Shown piece after piece: positions 24,981 through 35,568 of a stretch of DNA of 64,000 nt. The position numbers were made by a program, and so were the translations under genes. Origin of the DNA: Sarea resinae. Taxonomy: Eukaryota. Below the pieces are notes generated by a model. That model had not been told where the DNA came from, did no database searches, and was given only the letters and a program-made list of their open reading frames with translations. Every line of letters starts with the position of its first letter. The first letter of the stretch is position 1. Location: positions 62,001 to 126,000 of the forward strand of contig JAPEUD010000006.1 in NCBI GenBank assembly GCA_026026165.1, in the 5' to 3' direction.

Positions 24981-26650
24981 ATTCACCACCCTGCCTTGCC
25001 AGTCCACTTTTCATATTTTCAGCAAAAATCGTCGAACGTCTCAGTGCCCTCACGTCGCGTCTCCCCAGCAGACTTCTTCTGACTGTTGACTCCTCGGAGG
25101 TCTCTGATTGGCTTTCATACTCGATCAAAACAAACGGATAAGCCACTGACGAGCAATCGCGTCGCGCTGATAAGAGGGTAGTGCTTCATTGAATTGTTTC
25201 TTGGTAAATATCTGGTATTCACTCCTTTACAGATTCACTGCCCACCCACCTACCCTCTACGCCTTATTTCGAGCCAAAAATCGGCGAACGTCTCAGGGCC
25301 ATCACGTCGCGTCTCCCCGCCGGACCATCTTTGCTCTTTACTTCTTCTCGGTCTCTGATTGGCTTCGATAGCAAAACAAAACAAATGGATAAGCCATAGA
25401 TAAGCAATCGCGTCACGTTGATAAGGGTTCACGTGCTGTTTTCGATTGACGGTGATGGTCTCTGGCTTCAAGGTTCTTCACACATTCACTCACAGGTCCT
25501 GTTGAGAGTCACTGCCCATCGGAAGCCCCCTACTCGATGTTTTCGACCAAAAATCGTCGAACGTCTCAGAGCCAACACGTCGCGTCTCCCCAGCAGATGC
25601 CTTTTGACGGTTTACAGCTCCTAGCTTTCTAATTGGCTCTGATTCGAGAGCAAAACAAACCGATAAGCAGCGATAAGCAAAGTGGTCGCGCCACGTCCAT
25701 TAGGGGGCAAATGCCAGTCTACGCGTCTAGAGAAAACCTCAGCCTAGATACTCTGCATCATCGGGGCTTTGACATTCACACCCACCACCCCTTTTGGGTT
25801 TTCAACAAAAATCGTCGAACGTCTCAGCCGGATCCGTCGCGTCTCCCCAGCGCCTCTCTTTGAACCGTTGACGGGATCAAGGCCGGTCATTGGTTCATCG
25901 AGGCCTTTGTAAACAAAGCGATAGGAATCAGGAATCAAACGCGTGGCATTGATAAGCTCTCATGATGGTGAGGTCGTGAGATCGTGAGATCTTCAATATC
26001 TAATCTACAGCTTCTGTGGTCCTACATTCACTATCGGGACACCACGCGCGTCCCCTTATTTTGAGCAAAAATCGTTGAACGTCTCAGCCCACCCCGTCGC
26101 GCCTCCCCAACGTCTCTGTCTCGACTGTTGACCGGATCCACGCCTGTAAATGGATCATCGACACCTTTGTAAACAAATCGATAAGAAGCAGGAATCGAAC
26201 GCGTGGCATTGATAAGCCATCACGATCGTGAGATTGTGAGATCTCCAATGTCTCATTTACAGCTCCTGTGGTCCTCCAGCACATTCACTACCTCATCGCC
26301 TACATTCACTCTCGGGACACCCACCACCCGTATCCCCTTATTTTGGACAAAAATCGTCGAACGTCTCAGCCCAGTCCGTCGCGTCTCCCCAGCGTCTCTG
26401 TCTCGACTGTTGACCGTCTCCACGTCTCTGATTGGTCTATTGACGCCAGTGTCAACAAACGGATAAGCAGCAGATAAGCAATCGTGTCGCGTTGATGCGC
26501 ATTCTAGATTCACCCTCCTTTTGGACAATGATCGTCGAACGTCTCAATGATGCGTCCACGGCAATCTCCCCAAAAGCTCTTAAAAGCGTTCAACGCAGTA
26601 CCTGAATTCCAGGTGGCTGATGGGCTTGATGGTGCCAAGATAACAAACGC
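24981..26650. repeat. Diverged tandem array, 6 full + 1 degenerate units, each with a ~150-bp fixed-spacing motif core
   Basis: CAAAAATCGTCGAACGTCTCAG (0-1 mismatches) at 25023, 25275, 25548, 25806, 26066 and 26348, degenerate at 26526. Each is followed by CGTCGCGTCTCCCC, GTT[G/T]AC, ATTGG, ACAAA and GATAAG at near-constant offsets. Confidence 0.95.
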
Positions 26651-26954
26651 ATCTGTAGGTACAATTGAATCCTATGGTATTCTGGGCCCTTTGCTGTTAC
26701 ACACTATATATGAATATCAATGTTCTGCCGTAAAGGTACGATCCAACGTCGCGATTCGGACGGGAAAGAGAGGTCATGGCCTGCTCCTTCCTTTCTGACC
26801 ATGCTGTTTATACACGCATCTTCGTTCAGTCGATCCAGCACGCGACCATCTCCATCTATTATGTCTGTATTCGTAGCCTCCAAGCGTTCAGTCCTCACAG
26901 CATCCCCAACGCCGCATTTGATTCAAACTCTGCATCTACAGATACCAAGACTCA

Positions 26955-28718
26955 ATGTCTGACTCCGAGGACGCTCGCGCTCCCCTCTCGGACGCCACAA
27001 ATTCTCCCAGATCCCGCTCGCCGTCTCCAGTCTTCTTGACCGCCCGATCGCGACAAGGACAGCCCCAACAGCAATCCTTCAACATCCGCCGCAAAGTCTC
27101 CGTCCGCACCTTCAGACGTCGTTCGCAAGACTCGTCCGAATCAGCCCCGAGCCCGCATCCTTCTCTCTATGATGCGCCAGGCTATCATGACGCCAGTGGG
27201 GATTGGCTCTCGGGCACGTCGACATCGAGACAACTTCAGATGGTGTCTTCGCTGCTGGCGGAGAACTTTGCTTCAGATCAGTCAGGCGAAGACGGTGATC
27301 CGGTGGTGGATGCAGAAGATGGAGCATCGCCTTCGTCACCGCCTCTCAAGGTTCCAGATGCAGGTGCAGGATCAGGCACAACTTCGCCGCCGGTTGTCCG
27401 GACCACCACCGAGCCCCTCGAGACCATCATCGAGCAAAAGAGTCATCTAACGCTCCGTCCGAAATCGTCTCTCCTTTCCAAAATCAATTCCATGATCCCC
27501 ACAGCCGCCAGCGGCAAATCGGTGTCTACCGACACGCTCTTCGGGCGAAAGCAGTCCTTCTCTCTCCCGTACCTCCCTCTCCACTCCCACCAGCACGACT
27601 GCTCCTCTTCCTCGACGGAATCCGGACCAGCTCTCAACCCCGACCTCCTCTGCCCTCAACCACAAGACTACCCCACACGCCCGATCCGCCCACCACCCTT
27701 CCGCGTGCCCACGCCCCCAGGACTGCCCCACTGGCCGCCTCCGCGCCCAAACCGTAGCCAACCGCGTCCCTTTACGGCGCGCAATCTCCTCGACTTGCTA
27801 CGTCTCCGAGGCTCTACCGCCACCGCCGCGCGACTCCACAGCAGCACCCACGGCTACGGCGGTACACAGAGCGGGTACGGAAGTTTTGTCTCCCAGGGGC
27901 TAGAAGACCACCCCTTCCATCACGCCGACGTTGCCTCCTCGGCACGAGACAGCAACGGCGAGGCGCTGTACGCTCCTCGTCTCGTCGGCTTGCCCGACGA
28001 CGACGACGACGACGATAGCCCCGTGTCCGGGCTCGGGAGAAATCTTCCAGACCGAGATCCCACGTCGCAGCGGCCACACATCGGCATCCGCGTCTCGTCG
28101 GTCAGGGGTAGCGCCGTGCCCATCCGCCGTCTGCCCCATCCCGCCGCCGCTCCAGCAATAGGCCCCACAAGCAGAGTCCCAGGATCAGCCTTGGCGTCTC
28201 CCTCGGCGTCAGCCAGTACGACCACGCCCGCACCACCACCACCACCCGCGCTCCTACCACCAGCGCGCACGATCACGCTCTCCGAAGCCCGAGCCATTCC
28301 GCGCGTCGCGAACCCAACCACGTCCCGTGATCCACCTAGCACGAGTACCGCCAACCCCAATGCCAACCCCACCCCCACCCCCAACGCAGGCCCTCATGCA
28401 AGTACCAACACAGCCGCCCGTGCAAAACGCACGTGTCCGCACCGTCCGCCCGCGGTCCTGCTCAGTACGCCCGACGGCCTGCGCACGCTGGGCGGCAGCG
28501 GGGGCGAGTGCGTGCGGTGTCGGGCCAGTCGGTGTTGGGTTGGCTGGAAGAGCGCGTGCTGTTGTGGTCGGGGGATCATGGGCGAGAGTGATGATGAGGA
28601 TGAGGAGGAGGAGGTGATAGAGGAGGTGGTGGTGGAGGATGGCGGGGGGCAAGTGGGTGGTGGAAATGGTGGTAGGAATGGTGGTGGAGGTGGTGGTAGT
28701 GGTGTTCAGGGGGCCTAG
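26955..28718 (+). CDS. Hypothetical Pro/Ser-rich protein with Cys-rich and acidic C-terminus
   Basis: 587-aa open frame with a good ATG context; LETIIEQKS and RVPTPPGLP motifs; C-terminal CPH...CVRC...CW...CCCG. Confidence 0.7.
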   Translation: MSDSEDARAPLSDATNSPRSRSPSPVFLTARSRQGQPQQQSFNIRRKVSVRTFRRRSQDSSESAPSPHPSLYDAPGYHDASGDWLSGTSTSRQLQMVSSLLAENFASDQSGEDGDPVVDAEDGASPSSPPLKVPDAGAGSGTTSPPVVRTTTEPLETIIEQKSHLTLRPKSSLLSKINSMIPTAASGKSVSTDTLFGRKQSFSLPYLPLHSHQHDCSSSSTESGPALNPDLLCPQPQDYPTRPIRPPPFRVPTPPGLPHWPPPRPNRSQPRPFTARNLLDLLRLRGSTATAARLHSSTHGYGGTQSGYGSFVSQGLEDHPFHHADVASSARDSNGEALYAPRLVGLPDDDDDDDSPVSGLGRNLPDRDPTSQRPHIGIRVSSVRGSAVPIRRLPHPAAAPAIGPTSRVPGSALASPSASASTTTPAPPPPPALLPPARTITLSEARAIPRVANPTTSRDPPSTSTANPNANPTPTPNAGPHASTNTAARAKRTCPHRPPAVLLSTPDGLRTLGGSGGECVRCRASRCWVGWKSACCCGRGIMGESDDEDEEEEVIEEVVVEDGGGQVGGGNGGRNGGGGGGSGVQGA

Positions 28719-29260
28719 AGTCGTGCGTGGGCCGTATTAGGTAGGGGACGGGTGGTAGATGTGCTGGTTGGTGTCAGGGCCATTGTTATACAGTATCGGT
28801 CACAGCCACGCCCACACCCACACCCACAGTCTTAATTACAGTTCCAGAACCAGAACCAGAACCAGGACGTCCTTATAGCTCTAGTAGTAGTCAATAGCTT
28901 TTCCTTTCAATAATAACAGAGAGATATTCACGCCCTCTGAACGAGTCGGTTTTGGGACAACCAAAGAAGATTAATAGAAATGTTGAAGCGGATGTATCTG
29001 TATCTGTATCTGTATAGATATATATATAGATATATAAATATATCCAAAAACAAATCCAATTAAAGGAACAGTGCCGCAAACGATGAGGGATATACATCAT
29101 ACCATAGCTTCTCATAGCTTATCATATCATAATCAGGCATACACACCGCCGACGACGACCACAAACGACCACGCGAACCCTCCCAAATGCCCCTCACCAA
29201 AAAAAAAAAAAAAACCGAACAAGAAGCGCAAAAACGCTAAAAAGATGGCATCAGATGGCA

Positions 29261-32200
29261 TCAGATGCGACCGCCCTCGACGACCTCGCGGCCCACGACC
29301 TCGACCTCGCCCGACTCGGCCGTTCGCCGCCGCTCCAGCACCCACCGGTCCCCGCCCATCTCGTCTTCTTCTTTGAGGTAGGTGATGCTATCTGCGCCGT
29401 AGCCTCCTCCTCCTCCGCCGCCGCCGCCGCTAGACGAGTCCCGGCTGTGTGTGTGTTGCGTGCGGGACTGCACGTTAGTGATCTTGGCGGCGACGGTGGC
29501 CGATGCAGGCGAGGAGAGCGGACCGCCGGCGCTGCGTTGGCTGCTGTTTTGGCTGGAGGTAGGCAGGGAGAAGGAAAAGGTGTGGGTGGGTGAGACGGAC
29601 GAGGAGACGGCGCTGCTTTCCGGAGTCGTGGTATTAGTGGTAAAAGTGGTGGTGTTGTGACTGGCATGATTCGGGGGCGAGATATCCCAGTTTGGGACTT
29701 GTTGGTGTAGGTGAAAGGGTGCGGGAACCGGAAATGCTGCCATAGCACTCGGCATGGTAGCAGTAGCAGCGCTGTAGTGGTTATCGATCGTGATGGTGGG
29801 ACTCCCAGGCGCGGAACCAGCACCCTCGTCCTCCTCTTCCTCGTCGTCTTCGCCCTCTTCATCCTCCGAGCCAAATCGCACATCGTCCGTCGAACTGGCC
29901 AGACTATATGTCGAGCCCGAAAGCGGCGCACAAGGAGTCTGAGACGACATGGCCCCGACAGCATGGCTCATCCCGACACCCCCGCCCAGTGGCGGGAAAT
30001 ACGACAGAGGTGACGTAGCACCACCCGTGGGGCTCTGTGCGGGCGAAGCACTACCATTACTACCGCCCCAAGCACCCTTGCGCAGCTTCATCAGCGCGCC
30101 GAGTGAGAGCTCGTCCTCTTCAAACGACGGGCTCATCATGCCGGCCAATTGCGCCAGACCGGGGCTATTGAGGGGGTGGGCCGACTGCGGACCCGTGGCG
30201 TGTATGGAATGGATTGAGCTAGAGATGAGCGAGTTGCGATTGCTGTATTCGCTACGTTCGGTGATGGGCGTGAGATTCGGCTCTCGCAGCGCCATCATGT
30301 GGCCGCTCTGGCTGCGAATGAGGCCGTCGAGCGCACGCGGTCCGAAGTAGCCACCGTTGAAGTACTCGGCTTCGCCCGTACCGCCATCGGCCTGCGCATA
30401 AAACCCAAATTCCTGACCATAGATGCCCTCGGCGTCGTTGGCGAGAGCCTCAGCGTTTGCTTCAGCAATCATGGGATCATCTTCGAGAGCGCCGTAATCA
30501 AAATCGTCTTCCGTGCCAAAGCCAAACTCGGGCTGAGTTGAGGTAGTCTCTTGGCTGAAACGGCCCTCGTCTGGTATTAGACCGGGTTGAGAGCCCTCGA
30601 GGTTAACATCATCAATGTCACTACCATGAACGCCGTCTGTATCCACGCTGTCGCGACGGACAAATTTGCCATCCGCTGCAGCCTGATTAGCCGCAGCGGC
30701 CAAGGCGTCGTGATAAGCCTCCAGCTTTGCCTGAGTGAGACCACCAGCGGCTTGCGGTTTGGCAAGCGAGCCTCGATATCCTAGATTGCCACCACGAGAG
30801 AAATTGGGAGAATCATCAAACGATGGTCCGACTTCAGGCAGAACGTTTTCCTTTTCTCCATTGGTTTCAGCCAACGGATCGGCTGTGATGGATGAAGCTT
30901 GAGGTTCTATGTTTCGCACTCGCCGCTCATGGAAAGGTCCATTCTCATCGTCGAATATCGACTCGTCAAAGGCTTCTCCATTGTCATCGTGAGGCAGATC
31001 AATGAGGCCATCGTCAAAGTAGAGATCATCATCTTCGTCGTCCCGGGGTGCTGCATTGACAGGCACATCTTCGCCACCTGGAATGCCACGAGATAGATCC
31101 ACCGAGTGCGTACTACCTACAGCCTCAGGATTCACTGTCGAGACCAGTCCCTCATCAGCAGCAACGACTTCTTCTTTGTCCTTTGAAATTTGAACTGGTG
31201 GTTCTCCTGCTAGTGCCAATCCAATAGCTTGACCGCCCGAGTTTCTCGGCGTGCGAATGGTGATTTCAACCGGACTTGTCATGCTGATTGGAGTAGCAAC
31301 TGCAGACAGTGCAAAATTAAACCCCACACCTCCTGTGCGCTGCTTTACGTCTGCATCGGGGTCAACATTTACACCTGGAATCTCTTCCTCAAATCCAGCA
31401 CCGTCATCAATATCGCCATATTCGAACATGTCATCCTCATCGAAATCGTCGGATTCCCGAGGAAGCGGCTCGGGGTCTTTATCAGTGGCAGCCTTGGACT
31501 TGTGTTTCTCCTCCAAAAGCTTCTCTTGCGCTGCTGAGCCGACACCAGCTAGATCGAAGCTGAAGCGAGAGGCATTGCTCGTGAGATGTTTCGGAAGCCC
31601 AGAAGGCTGGAATGAGGGATCTATCACCGAGGAAGCTCTTGAGCGAGAGTTTTGCTGAGCTGAATTTTCCAGTTCCGAGACGTTTTCAGTGGCAGACTCT
31701 TCCAGAGCGACGGGATGCGGTTTTGCTGTAAGATTGGTGAGCTCTTCTTGAGATGGCACGAGCTCTAGGGTAGTGGAAAATGGTCTGGCAACGGACGGAA
31801 CAGGAGGAGCTTCGCGTTCAGGGAGCGGTACTGATGCCACCGGGATAGCTGGTCCCACCAGCTCCCGTGGAGTATTCGTAGCAGTATCTCGTCTAGCCTC
31901 AGGCTCCTCAACCTCCTCTCCAAAATGTTCCCTAAAAGCGGCCATGTGCTCCTTTTCTGCGAATCTGGGACTACTGGTCGCAGAGTCCGGCGTATCCACA
32001 TACTTGTCCTGAGCAAAATCAGGGCCCCTGCGCCGACCGTGTGAAGGATTGAAACTAGACGAGGCGGGTGGGGTACCTGGCGCGTCGCTGTAAGAGAAGT
32101 TCCGGCGAGGCCGCGGAGCGCTGAAGTCGTGAACACCCTTCCCTCGGATGCTGGGATCGAAATCGTCGGGCATTTTCATACCCGGTATCGCCAGACTCCG

Positions 32201-32941
32201 GGTAGAACCCGATTCACTAGAAGAATATCCCATTGCCTGAGACGATCTCCTCCGCATCAGGAGTGACATCGGATTCAGAAGATTGAGCTTCGTCTTGCCG
32301 GTTCGCAGATGCGGCGCATTTGGCGACGTCTGGGAGCGCTTGGTTGGAGGAGGCGGTGGTAACATGTTGGAGGATGATTGACCGGTGGAATAGAAAGACG
32401 ACGACGATGACGAGAGGATGAATGGTGCAGGCTGGTTATCCAGGCTCGAGCCAGCGCTGCTCCGAGTGTTGGGCTTCACGAGCTCTTTCATAAAACCTTG
32501 CCGTGCCATGGTATCCGTCTTTTCTTCCTTGTCCGGCACCTCGTCGACGGTGATAACAGGACTAAGTGAAGATGGCGCTTTTGCTGCCTGCTGATACTCC
32601 GTCTCAGAGCCTCTACGCTGCCGTTCTCCCCGTTCGTCGAGCGCATGACCTCCCCAAGCCGTTTTTTCTCGTGCTACTGCATCCGGTTGTTGATGTTGAC
32701 GTTGCGATGAGGCATAGCGTGACGCAACGCGGGGAATTGGCGGTAGGATAGGCGGCAGAGGCGAGATAGGAGAGCTGGAATGTACGCTATCACTATCGTA
32801 GACTCGAGGTGGGGGAGGCTGGGAGAAGGAATCCGTCGACTGCAAGGGGGATTCCTGGAGATGCGGGGATGGCAGACTTGGCGAGGCCGGATTCGACGTC
32901 GAGGCGCCGCGTTTGTGATGCGACCGTAGATATGCAAACAT
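29261..32941 (-). CDS. Conserved fungal hypothetical protein (largely disordered, 1226 aa)
   Basis: 3.7-kb uninterrupted ORF with motif islands LNLLNPMSLLMRRRS, IRGKGVHDFSAPRP, SRFSFD, YGQEFGFY, REPNLTPITERSEYS, WVLERRRTAESGE. Confidence 0.85.
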   Translation of the reverse strand: MFAYLRSHHKRGASTSNPASPSLPSPHLQESPLQSTDSFSQPPPPRVYDSDSVHSSSPISPLPPILPPIPRVASRYASSQRQHQQPDAVAREKTAWGGHALDERGERQRRGSETEYQQAAKAPSSLSPVITVDEVPDKEEKTDTMARQGFMKELVKPNTRSSAGSSLDNQPAPFILSSSSSSFYSTGQSSSNMLPPPPPTKRSQTSPNAPHLRTGKTKLNLLNPMSLLMRRRSSQAMGYSSSESGSTRSLAIPGMKMPDDFDPSIRGKGVHDFSAPRPRRNFSYSDAPGTPPASSSFNPSHGRRRGPDFAQDKYVDTPDSATSSPRFAEKEHMAAFREHFGEEVEEPEARRDTATNTPRELVGPAIPVASVPLPEREAPPVPSVARPFSTTLELVPSQEELTNLTAKPHPVALEESATENVSELENSAQQNSRSRASSVIDPSFQPSGLPKHLTSNASRFSFDLAGVGSAAQEKLLEEKHKSKAATDKDPEPLPRESDDFDEDDMFEYGDIDDGAGFEEEIPGVNVDPDADVKQRTGGVGFNFALSAVATPISMTSPVEITIRTPRNSGGQAIGLALAGEPPVQISKDKEEVVAADEGLVSTVNPEAVGSTHSVDLSRGIPGGEDVPVNAAPRDDEDDDLYFDDGLIDLPHDDNGEAFDESIFDDENGPFHERRVRNIEPQASSITADPLAETNGEKENVLPEVGPSFDDSPNFSRGGNLGYRGSLAKPQAAGGLTQAKLEAYHDALAAAANQAAADGKFVRRDSVDTDGVHGSDIDDVNLEGSQPGLIPDEGRFSQETTSTQPEFGFGTEDDFDYGALEDDPMIAEANAEALANDAEGIYGQEFGFYAQADGGTGEAEYFNGGYFGPRALDGLIRSQSGHMMALREPNLTPITERSEYSNRNSLISSSIHSIHATGPQSAHPLNSPGLAQLAGMMSPSFEEDELSLGALMKLRKGAWGGSNGSASPAQSPTGGATSPLSYFPPLGGGVGMSHAVGAMSSQTPCAPLSGSTYSLASSTDDVRFGSEDEEGEDDEEEEDEGAGSAPGSPTITIDNHYSAATATMPSAMAAFPVPAPFHLHQQVPNWDISPPNHASHNTTTFTTNTTTPESSAVSSSVSPTHTFSFSLPTSSQNSSQRSAGGPLSSPASATVAAKITNVQSRTQHTHSRDSSSGGGGGGGGGYGADSITYLKEEDEMGGDRWVLERRRTAESGEVEVVGREVVEGGRI

Positions 32942-34071
32942 CTTGGCTCAATTCCGCAAGTTGACCGTCTCCAAAGCCTCTGGTAGGCTGTCTTATCCGC
33001 AACCCCACTTCGCAAGTATTCTTCCAAATGTTACCAAACGTGCTCGCTATGAAGAAATAAGGTTATCACGAGTAGATATGGGACGACATTGGGCTCGCAA
33101 GGGTAAGAAGACCGTATCGCACGGAAATTTCCCAGAGTCTCAAACAAAGGCGTATATTGCAGCAGCCGGATAAAAATAGTTGGTAGCAGATCAACGAGGA
33201 CGGAATCGGGTTATATATCCATGGCAGAGATCACCGAAAAAGGATCAGAAATGGTCGAGTCCCAGCGGCCGCGTGCAATAGTTGTCTTGAAGAGGGGATC
33301 CTGATGTTCGAGGTGAAGTCGTTCGCAATGTGGTGATCTGTGCAGAGGCAGTCGTCAGCACCGCAACAAGGATGATCGCTTGCTGCGCGATACAGAGACC
33401 GATACAGATACACCGATTGGGACGGGGTCTGATACGCGCGTGGAGATCGATTAGCTCAATGGTCCGCATACCTTCCAATATATTAAAACTCATGAGCTCT
33501 CTATCAATTAGACCGTCAAAGCCACCAGAGAAAAGAAGTAATTTGTTGAATGGCAGTATCAAAGAGATGAGGCGACGCGGCATCGAGGCATTGCCGTCCT
33601 CACTCGAAACGTCTGATGTTCCGCTCGATTGACAAACTACCTTGGCTAGGTGGCCGTATCTCCAGGGTATCGCTCGTATCATCGACCAACTAGGGTAGAG
33701 AGAGTACGCATCGAGTTAATGAGAATAATGAGAATGATGAGAACAATGACCTCGGAAAGTCACGTCCATGGACGCATTGAATGCATTCATGTAAATATCA
33801 TTGCTCATTGTGAAATTCGATGCAGCAAAGAAGAGTTCATTGAAGGGCTGGCCGGCTACAGATTGCGCTCTGCCTTGAAGTCGTCACCGGTGTGGTGCAT
33901 GTCGATCATCGAGGTTGGCACTTGCGCTTACGATCATGTCACCCATGCCCATCTCGATCAACCTGTTATGCACAAAATGTAGAGCATCGTGAACCATGAA
34001 TGAATCACGACCATGATGTGAGATCTTGATGTTCTATGGATGAAGAACGGAGATCCAAACGCTCCCAAATC

Positions 34072-35004
34072 TCAAAATGCGCCCCGAAACTGATCAAGAA
34101 TCTGCGACCCGAGCGGTCTCCTCTGCCTCCCAGCCGCGGCCCCCCTGCCCTCAACCCCACTCGCAGCGATAGCCTCCTCTCCCTCTAATCTTCTCCTCAG
34201 GCCCTCAAACCGCTCTCCCTGCCTCTTCTCCCTCAATATCCACCCGGGAACTCTCCATTTGGCCGCACCGGGCAAGATCTCTCTGCGCCAGGCGTACCCA
34301 ATGAACCACCCAACGCTGGCAACGATGGCGGACCCGGGAAGCTGCGAGAGAGCCAGTTGGCCGGCAAGGAGGTAGGTGGGGGATTTGGAGCTGAAGATCA
34401 GACTGTTTTGCGACGAGGATGTTGCAATGGTGTACTTGTAGACATGTGGGATGGTCGCGTGATACTGAGCGAGGAGGGCAAAGACGAGAGTGGTGGGGCC
34501 CGCGGGGAGGTAGTTGATATGGTTAAAGGTCAAGGGCCTAATGACGAGGGCAAGGAGGAGGGGTGAAATGAGGGTGGAATATAGGAATATGGAAAAGAGA
34601 AAGGACTGCCCAGAATCAGTACTCTTCATCATTGGATCAAGACCAGGAGTGGGACCAGACGAACGGCGAATTTTCGAGATCCCCACAGTCTCTCGATGAT
34701 CCTGAGATTATACAAAGTCATAGCCGCAAACAGAACCTCTGAAGAATTCGTATAGCATGCCTGCATATCCACATCAGCTTCTCCGGTGTCTCGTACATGC
34801 ATCTACAACAACGGCCTAGCCGCGAAATCGTCATACCTGCCATATCAGCAGCCTCCATGCTTGCCAGTAGCGCCAGAGATGTGGGACCACCTGTATATAG
34901 AAGAGGTACTTGTAGTCTGCGAGACTGACGAGAATCGAAGATGCGACGATGTAGAGGAGCAGGTAATTGGAGACGGGCGCGTTCGTGAAGCCGGAACTGA
35001 GCAT
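34072..35004 (-). CDS. DSC2: Rhomboid-like Dsc E3 ligase complex subunit 2; exons 35004-34837, 34760-34665, 34605-34072
   Basis: SGFTNAPVS, PHLWRYWQAWRLLIWQ|ACYTNSSEVLFAAMTLYNLRIIERLWGSRKFA|SF, YLPAGPT..FALLAQYH; both introns are GT-AG and phase 0. Confidence 0.85.
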
Positions 35005-35568
35005 GATTGGAGACGGACAGGGAGGACTGCTTTGGCTGTTGTAGGGACCGTGAGGCCGCACTGTCACCGTAAGTTGAATGAAAGAAGGAACATCGATGCT
35101 CAGGTCCAAGAGAGATTGCTGGAAGGGTTATCAGAATTCTTTGCTCAGGGCCAAGGTAGCAGATCGCATTGTTGGCCATCTACCTCACGGAGGAGTATCA
35201 TCCACATGTGAATTATGCATAAAATGTACTTTTGAGTATCCGTACATAGCTGACACATGCGGTGCTCTTCGCTCGCCGTACAAGATCTCGATTCTTCGGT
35301 CCATGGTCGGCATCGGATCCAGGATGGATCAATGATGCATCTTTACGCAATACCAATCCGATATTCGCAATACCCGGGCATGCCGTCGGAGTTGCACTTG
35401 GCTCTTCGAATCACTGCTCGTAGAGAAAGGCGTGCACAGAACGAATAGGCTCTATTACGATATGGCATCCAGATATAGACATGACATCCATTGATTGTCC
35501 TAAGAACACCTAACCTAGCTTATCCATATCAATCACGCAGTCGCTTGCCTTTTCCACGCAAATTTCCT

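Noticed and set aside
24981..26650. CRISPR array or coding-repeat interpretation of the tandem array
   Set aside because: The context is eukaryotic with no cas genes, the period is ~260 bp, and conservation is spread over several motifs. The recurring peptides (KNRRTSQ..., KIVERL...) shift frame between units and hit stops.
33231..33982. Short ORFs between the 1226-aa gene and DSC2
   Set aside because: No protein-like features; more likely UTR or promoter sequence.
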